64,000 bases of DNA, taken from IMG/VR virus record IMGVR_UViG_3300005674_000175. One strand, given 5' to 3'. The position numbers and the translations under genes are program-made. This document shows positions 57,616 through 64,000 of this stretch, one piece after another. How positions within the stretch are numbered: position 1 is the first letter of the stretch; the number at the start of each line of letters is the position of its first letter. This DNA comes from an uncultured virus (IMG/VR IMGVR_UViG_3300005674_000175) (Duplodnaviria; Heunggongvirae; Uroviricota; Caudoviricetes). The notes beneath the pieces were generated by a model. That model searched no databases, was not told the origin of the DNA, and saw only the letters and a program-made list of their open reading frames with translations.

Positions 57616-58363
57616 GTTGCATAATACTGATTGCTTGAGTCTGTCAACAGATTTAGTAGATCTTGTTTATATGGACCCTCCGTATAGCTGCGAAGGCGAA
57701 GATGTATACTATGGAGAAGGTAAAACTTTTGATGACTTTATAACGTATATGCATAATCGTTTTGATAATATTCGAAAGTTAATGAAGCCAAACTCTAGTA
57801 TACTTGTTCATATGGATTATAAAGCTATTCATTACATAAAAGTTTTGATGGATGAAGTTTTTGGAAGAGAAAACTTCATGAATGAAATAATATGGTGCTT
57901 TAGTAATCCTGCGAGTACAAAGAGATGGTTGCCGAGAAAGCATAATACTATTCTTTGGTATGGTCTTGGAAATTATACGTTTAACCAGCCTCGAATTCCA
58001 TATAAAACGAAGATGAATGTTGGCGGAGATGCCGCATGGTCAAAAGAGAAGATTCCTTGGGAACATTACGAAAAAAGAGGTAAGCTGCTTGAGGACTGGT
58101 GGGTTGATATTCCTGCTATTTGCAGGAACGAGCCAGAAAAGAATGGATATGCAACGCAGAAGCCGTTGAAACTTATGGAAAGAGTTGTTGATATTTGGAG
58201 TAATCCTGGCGACAGGGTTTTGGACCCATTTTGCGGTAGCGGTTCATTGCTTGAAGCGGCAATAATTAAAAATAGATTTCCAGTTGGATGCGACAAAAAT
58301 CAAAAGGCCCTAGAAATAGCAAAATCAAGACTTGAAGCGGTAAAAACGATTTTTTCGGAGTGA
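57605..58363 (+). CDS. DNA methyltransferase, N6-A/N4-C beta class
   Basis: DLVYMDPPY precedes YATQKP and VLDPFCGSGS. Confidence 0.92.
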   Translation: MRYELHNTDCLSLSTDLVDLVYMDPPYSCEGEDVYYGEGKTFDDFITYMHNRFDNIRKLMKPNSSILVHMDYKAIHYIKVLMDEVFGRENFMNEIIWCFSNPASTKRWLPRKHNTILWYGLGNYTFNQPRIPYKTKMNVGGDAAWSKEKIPWEHYEKRGKLLEDWWVDIPAICRNEPEKNGYATQKPLKLMERVVDIWSNPGDRVLDPFCGSGSLLEAAIIKNRFPVGCDKNQKALEIAKSRLEAVKTIFSE

Positions 58364-58365
58364 TT

Positions 58366-59151
58366 ATGAGTTTACTAAATACTATTATACTAAGCGATGT
58401 ACTTGATGGACTTAAGAAAATTCCAGATGAAAGCGTTCATATGGTTGTTTCTTCTCCACCGTACAATATAGATCTTAAGGGATATGGCAATAGAAACGAT
58501 AATGATCCTTATCATGTTTATGTTTCTTGGCTAAAGGATATATTCATTCAATGTAAAAGAATTCTTGTTGATGGAGGAAGACTTGTCATCAATATAGATT
58601 CCGTTAGAAATCGTCAAGATGATGAAGAATATATGAGACCGATTGCTGGCGATTTAATAAACGCTGGTAGAGAAGTCGGACTAAAGTATAGAACTGAAAT
58701 TTGCTGGTACAAACAGAATTGGTCTGGTAGGGCTACCGCTTTTGGTTCGTATATGTCTTGTTCAAATCCTGCTATTAGAAGAAATCATGAGTATATTATG
58801 GTTTGGTCTAAGGGAAACTGGAAACTTGAGGGAGATCCAGAGCTTTCGGATATGACTTCAGAAGAGTTCCAGAATTGGACTTTTAGTACATGGTTTATTC
58901 AACCAGAAACAAGAAATCTCAACGATCATCCTGCTCCTTATCCAGAAGAATTAGTTAGAAGATTAGTCAAGCTATTTACATATAGGGGAAATACTGTTGT
59001 AGATCCATTCATGGGAACTGGAACGACAGGCGTTGTTGCTAAAGTTCTTGGTAGAAACTATATTGGTATTGATAATTCTCCTGATGATGTTGANNGGATA
59101 AAGGCCGCAAAAAAGGACGATATACAAACGGAGATGAACAAGGTTTTCTGA
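58366..59151 (+). CDS. DNA methyltransferase, beta class, probably N4-cytosine; C-terminus uncertain because of an NN gap
   Basis: SSPPYN, HPAPYPEEL, VVDPFMGTGTT; NN at 59094-59095. Confidence 0.88.
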   Translation: MSLLNTIILSDVLDGLKKIPDESVHMVVSSPPYNIDLKGYGNRNDNDPYHVYVSWLKDIFIQCKRILVDGGRLVINIDSVRNRQDDEEYMRPIAGDLINAGREVGLKYRTEICWYKQNWSGRATAFGSYMSCSNPAIRRNHEYIMVWSKGNWKLEGDPELSDMTSEEFQNWTFSTWFIQPETRNLNDHPAPYPEELVRRLVKLFTYRGNTVVDPFMGTGTTGVVAKVLGRNYIGIDNSPDDVXXIKAAKKDDIQTEMNKVF

Positions 59152-59153
59152 TA

Positions 59154-59618
59154 ATGGATTTTGAAATTCAATTTTCCGATCTAACTCTTTTGGAAGCAAA
59201 TGGACATTTTGCTGATGTTTGTAAAATTATGTCAGATGTTGCGAACAAGACGGGAGCATTCAATAACAAAGGCGACTGGATGATCCGTTCTAAGGTTACA
59301 ATATTGAGTCCATTTGGTTTCGCTTTTTTGATATGTCATTTTTATAATAATGGTAAAGTGTATATATCTGAATATATGCCATCTAATAAAGATTTGCACA
59401 ATACAGATATTCGCTGCCTTACATATTGGTGTAATGAGTTTGGATGGAAAACCCCGGAACCGCTACCAGGTGTTGTTGAATCTTGGCTTGAATTTTGGAA
59501 AGCTGAATGGGATACTCATATTATAGATTCAGCATATCTTGATAAAAGATTTGGAGAGAGAAAAGAAATGGTGTTTGAAGAGCTAGATGAAGATGAAGAT
59601 CTTGAGGATTTATCATGA
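59154..59618 (+). CDS. Hypothetical protein
   Basis: 154-aa ORF with an acidic tail; the frame is also open back to the NN gap. Confidence 0.65.
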   Translation: MDFEIQFSDLTLLEANGHFADVCKIMSDVANKTGAFNNKGDWMIRSKVTILSPFGFAFLICHFYNNGKVYISEYMPSNKDLHNTDIRCLTYWCNEFGWKTPEPLPGVVESWLEFWKAEWDTHIIDSAYLDKRFGERKEMVFEELDEDEDLEDLS

Positions 59619-59815
59619 TTTGCCCTTTTTGTTCAAATGATATTGGTGAAAGATTGAACGTGTTTGGCACGATATGTACGAAGTGTAGTAAGTACATACC
59701 TCCGCCTAAAGAACCGAGTTTTGTTTTAGTCACAAAAGATAACCTCAGAAGAAATCAAGAAAAAATCAGGGGTTTTATAAGAAAGAAAATGATAGGAGAC
59801 ACAAATGGCAATTAA
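59615..59815 (+). CDS. Small zinc-ribbon protein
   Basis: CPFC...CTKC; GAGG SD; ATGA overlap. Confidence 0.65.
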   Translation: MICPFCSNDIGERLNVFGTICTKCSKYIPPPKEPSFVLVTKDNLRRNQEKIRGFIRKKMIGDTNGN

Positions 59816-60395
59816 GTCTAATAAGAGAATAGATTTTGAATACGAGCATGAGAGCGGAGGAAATACTTACTCCATTTCTTTGAGGCTTTTTGAGTCTCAA
59901 GAATATGGCCCTTGCATAGGTTTGTTAGATGAAAATGGAGAGGTTGCAACATCTCTTCCTGTCGCTATGTTCCCAGAAGTAACAGAGTTTCTTGTTACTC
60001 AGGGTGTTATAGAGGGGAGAAGGCCATCAACTTCTCCTTCATTGCCTAAGCCTGTTGCTAAGCTTTCTGCTCCGGTTGCTCGTCCATCCCTTCCTAAGCC
60101 TCGCCTCGTTCAGTCTAAGCAGTCTGTAAATCCTCTTAAACCATCAAGAGAGGTTGTTATAGTTGATTTAGAAAATGATACTGGCGGAACAGAGGAAGAA
60201 GATACTATTAGACAGATACAAGAAGCTGTAGAAGGAAGTAGCCCTGCAACATCTCTTGTTACTAAAGCCGAACAATCTCCGGTTATCTCTGATGAAGAGG
60301 CAAGGTTGATTTTGGAAGAAAGGCAGAACGCTATGAAGAAGGCTCAAACTGCCGCAAAGAGAATACGCAAAAAGTCTGATGAGGATGAAGAATGA
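59805..60395 (+). CDS. Hypothetical protein with a Pro-rich linker
   Basis: AGGAG SD; 196 aa. Confidence 0.7.
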   Translation: MAIKSNKRIDFEYEHESGGNTYSISLRLFESQEYGPCIGLLDENGEVATSLPVAMFPEVTEFLVTQGVIEGRRPSTSPSLPKPVAKLSAPVARPSLPKPRLVQSKQSVNPLKPSREVVIVDLENDTGGTEEEDTIRQIQEAVEGSSPATSLVTKAEQSPVISDEEARLILEERQNAMKKAQTAAKRIRKKSDEDEE

Positions 60396-60643
60396 GTATC
60401 TACAAGTGTAAACTTGTTCCGCTTGATAGATTGCCGGTTGGTCCAGTTGGGGTTGTTTGTCCTCTTTGCAATGATTGCGAAACACGAGACTGTACCAACC
60501 CAATAGAACCAGTCAAGATAACTGTTTTTGGTAGGCAGGTTAATTGGAAGATATATAAAAAGAGTCATATAGCATCTATAGTTGTTCAATGCGCAGGTTA
60601 TAGTAAAGATAATGCCATATTACCAATATCAGATTCTGAATGA
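60392..60643 (+). CDS. Small Cys-rich hypothetical protein
   Basis: CPLCNDCETRDC...VQCAGY; ATGA overlap. Confidence 0.6.
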   Translation: MSIYKCKLVPLDRLPVGPVGVVCPLCNDCETRDCTNPIEPVKITVFGRQVNWKIYKKSHIASIVVQCAGYSKDNAILPISDSE

Positions 60644-60890
60644 TAAAGACGAGCCTACCGGCGAAGTCATAGAAATCTTTCAAAAGATGAGTGAAGATTC
60701 TCTAACTATAGATCCAGAAAGTGGCAAGAAGATTCGCAAAGCGATTACCGCTCCTGCTGTAAAAGATGGAAGGCCTGTGTGGGAAAGGTGTGCAGACGTA
60801 AGAGAACATCTGCGAAACACAAAACCTAAATGGGTTAATGACAAAGAAAAAGGCATAAGAGAAAGATTTGATCCTAAAAAACATACCTAG
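60612..60890 (+). CDS. FmdB-family zinc-ribbon-like protein lacking the Cys ligands
   Basis: MPYYQY...GEVIEIFQKMSEDSLTIDPESGKKIRKAITAP aligns with the FmdB pattern MPxYEYxC..CG..FE..QKMSD.PL..CP.CG....R.IS.P. Confidence 0.7.
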   Translation: MPYYQYQILNDKDEPTGEVIEIFQKMSEDSLTIDPESGKKIRKAITAPAVKDGRPVWERCADVREHLRNTKPKWVNDKEKGIRERFDPKKHT

Positions 60891-60932
60891 TGTTCTTGTA
60901 GGTATTGGATTTCTTTAGGACGATAATCAACC

Positions 60933-63470
60933 ATGACTAGAATCATAAGCAATAGTGATTTTGTGCATCTGCATAATCATTCCGAGTATTCGTCGTTTGA
61001 TGGGCTGAATAAGATATCTCAGTTTCCAAAGGCTGCTAAGGAAATGGGATTTAAGGCCTTGGCCTTGACTGACCACGGTAATATTGGCGGCGCTATCAAG
61101 TTTATTCAAGAATGTAATGGTATTGGAATAAAGCCTATTGTGGGATGTCTTCTTAGAGGACAAGAAATAGTTACCTCTAAAGGGATTAAATCTGTTGAGA
61201 ATATCATAGAAGGTGATTTAGTCCTGACTCATAATGGAAGATTCCGTAAGGTATTGTCTACTTCCAGAAGAATCCATAATGGAAGTTTTTATACTCTTAA
61301 GTTTTCAGGACTAGGTAGGACTATAACCGTAACAGATGAGCATCCATTATTGGTTAGAACAATAGAAAATAAGGATATAGATAAAGCGGTTCCAGAACAT
61401 TCTAATTTACTTAAATGGGTTCGAGCAGATCAATTGATAGCAGGAAGAACATCCAAAAAACTCGGTATGTCAACGTACAAAACTTACATATGTTTGCCAA
61501 AGCTTTTTGGAACGAATGAGGTTATAGATGTTCTCTCTTATATGCCGGAAAGATTAGGTTGTGTTGATGGTTTTATTTCAAAGATAGAAAAAATCAATAA
61601 ATACGATTCATTAAAATCCTGGGATTTACCATGTGAGTTAAAACTGAATGAAGATATAAGCTATTTGCTTGGATTATTTGCTGCTGAAGGTTCTTTTTCT
61701 AGATATGAAGATCATTCATTAAGTGGTGGTATAAGATTTTCTTTAGGAATTCATGAACAGGATTTGGCTGATAGAATTGCGGAAATTGTAGATAGATATT
61801 TTGGAATTGAAATAAATATACAACCTAGACCTGAAAAAGGTGGAATAGAAATTAGTTTCGCTAGTTTGCCTCTTGCTTATTTATTTGAAGGACTTTGCGG
61901 TTCTGGTGCTACTGACAAAAAGGTTCCTTATGAAATTTTGACAGCTATTCCGAGTTTACGAAAAGCCTTTTTAGATGGGGTTCTTGATGGAGATGCCAAA
62001 CAGGAAGGACAAAGAACTTTTAAGGTTATTTCTAAATCATTGGCTTGGGGTGTTAGGCAATTGCTGGCTGATTTAGGTCATTGGGCAACTGTTGCGGAAA
62101 TAAAGCAAGAAAATAGTCAAATTGCATATGCTGTCCCTTATAATCCAGACAGGAAATATGCAAGAACGCTTCAAGACTCTCGCTATCTTTACAAGCCGTT
62201 GGTTTCCGTTTCAAAAACAGAAGATGTTGCAGAAGTATTTAATTTTGAAGTAGAAGAAGACAATAGTTATGTTTCTGATTGCATTTTACATAATTGCGAG
62301 TTCTATCTTTCTAAGAATCATAATCATAGAGGTGAAAAGAAAGAAGGCAACAAGATTATTGAAGGTCAGACTGATGGAAGGAAAGGCAACCGTCATCTTG
62401 TTTTAGTTGCCAAAAACTGGAAGGGTTGGCAAAACCTTTGTAGGCTATCTCAAAAGTCATGGACAGAGGGAGTATATATAGACCCTCGCATTGATATCCC
62501 TCTTCTTGCAGAGCATAGCGAAGGTCTTATGTGTAATTCTGCATGTTTGAGTAGCGTTGTTAATGCTAATCTTTTGCACGATAGATATGATCAGGCAAAG
62601 GCCGCTGTTGCTCTTTTCAAGGATATTTTCAAAGAAGATTTTCATCTAGAAGTTATGTATCACGGTATTGAAGCAGAGGGAGCTATTATACCTGACATAA
62701 TCAAACTTGGCAATGAAATGGGCGTTCCGATTATTGCAACAAATGATTGTCATTATTGCAAGAAAGAACATGGAATGTCTCAAGAGCTTCTTATGTGCAT
62801 GAGTACGAGTAGGTGCTTAAACGATCCAAAGAGGCTTCACTTCCCTTATCGAGAGTTTTATCTTAAGTCTGCTCCTGAGATGGCTGTTGCTTTTGGTAAT
62901 CATCCAGAGTTTCTTCTAAATACCGTGATGGTTGCTGATAAGGTTGATGCTAAGGATATATATGAAAATCTGACTTCTGGCATGAGGCTCCCAAGATATA
63001 AGATTCCCGAAGGATTTGCTTCTCCTTTTGATTTCCTTTCTCATCTTGCATGGGATGGAATGAAAAAGTTTGGATGGGATCAAAGTCAACCTCATATTGA
63101 CAGATTGAAGAGAGAACTTGAAGACGTTCGAGTTGCTTGGGATAATAACAAATACGATTTCGCCACTTACTTCCTTATTGTGCGAGATTATATACAGAAG
63201 GCTAAGGATCAAAATATCCTCACTGGTTGCGGTAGAGGTTCTGGTTATGCTAGTGTTCTTCTGAGAGTTTTGGGCATTTCGTATGGGCCAGATCCATTGA
63301 AGTATGATTTGATTTGGGAAAGGTTTCTTGGTTTTGATGATAAGCATTTTATTCAGGATCAAGATTTCTTTGGAGAAGTTACTGTTAGTAAAGAAGATGC
63401 TTCTGGTCATGAGGAACTGTTTGAAGATAGAGATGTTACGGATGACGCGGGCGGCGTAGATAGGTATTGA
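60933..63470 (+). CDS. dnaE: DNA polymerase III alpha N-terminal fragment (PHP domain plus start of palm), intein-containing; 462 aa after splicing
   Basis: FVHLHNHSEYSSFDG, ALTDHG, KPIVG/CEFY, HLVLVAKN, ATNDCHY, YFLIVRDY, GRGSG, DPLKYDLIWERFL, then an acidic tail and TGA. Confidence 0.9.
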   Translation: MTRIISNSDFVHLHNHSEYSSFDGLNKISQFPKAAKEMGFKALALTDHGNIGGAIKFIQECNGIGIKPIVGCLLRGQEIVTSKGIKSVENIIEGDLVLTHNGRFRKVLSTSRRIHNGSFYTLKFSGLGRTITVTDEHPLLVRTIENKDIDKAVPEHSNLLKWVRADQLIAGRTSKKLGMSTYKTYICLPKLFGTNEVIDVLSYMPERLGCVDGFISKIEKINKYDSLKSWDLPCELKLNEDISYLLGLFAAEGSFSRYEDHSLSGGIRFSLGIHEQDLADRIAEIVDRYFGIEINIQPRPEKGGIEISFASLPLAYLFEGLCGSGATDKKVPYEILTAIPSLRKAFLDGVLDGDAKQEGQRTFKVISKSLAWGVRQLLADLGHWATVAEIKQENSQIAYAVPYNPDRKYARTLQDSRYLYKPLVSVSKTEDVAEVFNFEVEEDNSYVSDCILHNCEFYLSKNHNHRGEKKEGNKIIEGQTDGRKGNRHLVLVAKNWKGWQNLCRLSQKSWTEGVYIDPRIDIPLLAEHSEGLMCNSACLSSVVNANLLHDRYDQAKAAVALFKDIFKEDFHLEVMYHGIEAEGAIIPDIIKLGNEMGVPIIATNDCHYCKKEHGMSQELLMCMSTSRCLNDPKRLHFPYREFYLKSAPEMAVAFGNHPEFLLNTVMVADKVDAKDIYENLTSGMRLPRYKIPEGFASPFDFLSHLAWDGMKKFGWDQSQPHIDRLKRELEDVRVAWDNNKYDFATYFLIVRDYIQKAKDQNILTGCGRGSGYASVLLRVLGISYGPDPLKYDLIWERFLGFDDKHFIQDQDFFGEVTVSKEDASGHEELFEDRDVTDDAGGVDRY
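61146..62294 (+). mobile_element. Intein with LAGLIDADG homing endonuclease (383 aa) in the DnaE PHP domain
   Basis: Starts CLLRGQEIVT; block B TVTDEHP; LLGLFAAEG and FLDGVLDGDA; ends VFNFEVEEDNSYVSDCILHN before +1 Cys. Removal restores IKPIVGCEFY. Confidence 0.95.
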
Positions 63471-63480
63471 AAGGATAAAT

Positions 63481-64000
63481 ATGTCAAGCAAAATATCTTG
63501 GAAACATCCAAATGATAATCATGGAGGAAGTGATAAAGGCAGGAGCGCTCAAGATATTGTTCGTGATTTTTTTGAAGCAAAAGGATGGACTGTAATAAAA
63601 TCATCAAGAGAAGAAGATCAATGCGGAATAGATTTTTACATAGAAGCCGGCGAGAAAAAATACTCTGTTGCGGTTTGCGGAACTTTTTACTACAAGATAA
63701 ACAAAAATCATAACAGATTGATATATTCTGGATACAAAACTGATAAGATTCCAGGCGTTAAGCATTCTAAAGCAGATATTGTTGTTTGTTATAATTCAAG
63801 TAATCCAGATTCTCTCTTTGTAGAGAAAAGAGTAAATATACTTGATTGGATTGAAAAGAATTATAAATCCTCTTTGGAAAAAGAAAACTTTTGCGATAAA
63901 CCAGAAGAAATCCTTGTTACTGGATTATTGCAAAAAAGATTAAGAAGTGAAACTGGCTATTATGATTTGTGGGCTTGTATACCTCTCTCGTTCTTTAGAA
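63481..64000 (+). CDS. PD-(D/E)xK nuclease-like protein, 3'-truncated by window edge (absent from the ORF track)
   Basis: AAGGA SD, ATG at 63481, open to the end: MSSKISWKH...GRSAQDIVRDFFEAKGWTVIKSSREEDQCGIDFYIEAGEKKYSVAVC... Confidence 0.6.
   Translation, partial: MSSKISWKHPNDNHGGSDKGRSAQDIVRDFFEAKGWTVIKSSREEDQCGIDFYIEAGEKKYSVAVCGTFYYKINKNHNRLIYSGYKTDKIPGVKHSKADIVVCYNSSNPDSLFVEKRVNILDWIEKNYKSSLEKENFCDKPEEILVTGLLQKRLRSETGYYDLWACIPLSFFR

Noticed and set aside
63320..63530. Frameshift, readthrough or split intein completing DnaE
   Set aside because: Neither shifted frame nor TGA readthrough yields PDID-like sequence, and the tail has no intein block A/B features.
158..63607. Minus-strand and nested short ORFs in the track (e.g. 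49862-50380, 36069-36584, 62916-63491)
   Set aside because: They overlap well-supported + strand genes and show no recognisable motifs; treated as shadow ORFs.
1..64000. Stop-codon reassignment (alternative genetic code)
   Set aside because: Code 11 gives near-complete coding density with ORFs up to 3257 aa, and TAA, TGA and TAG all end genes at sensible boundaries.
1..64000. CRISPR array, tRNA, rRNA or structured ncRNA
   Set aside because: Intergenic spaces are under ~50 nt and I saw no spaced direct repeats or cloverleaf signatures; covariance searches were not run.

Overview
Almost fully coding, AT-rich window with every credible gene on the + strand and only very short intergenic gaps. 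The content fits a large (jumbo/huge) dsDNA bacteriophage rather than a cellular chromosome; this is inferred, since no capsid or terminase gene lies in the window. (1) 0.8-43.7 kb: eleven signal-peptide-less proteins, five of them giant (1492-3257 aa), built from surface-type modules (Fn3/Ig-like, choice-of-anchor C/D-like, LamG, BNR/Reg_prop/Kelch propellers, vWA, a GH56-like barrel). They are probably virion appendage proteins, are bracketed by glycosyltransferase genes, and repeatedly show whole domains inserted inside other domains. (2) 46.4-64 kb: a replication module with a metallophosphoesterase, SF2 helicase, three orphan DNA methyltransferases, IF3, a free-standing degenerate intein-like gene, a DnaC-like loader, DnaB, a stand-alone primase zinc finger, and an intein-containing DnaE N-terminal fragment that stops at the start of the polymerase active site. 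Domain calls come from motif recognition by eye; no database searches were run.
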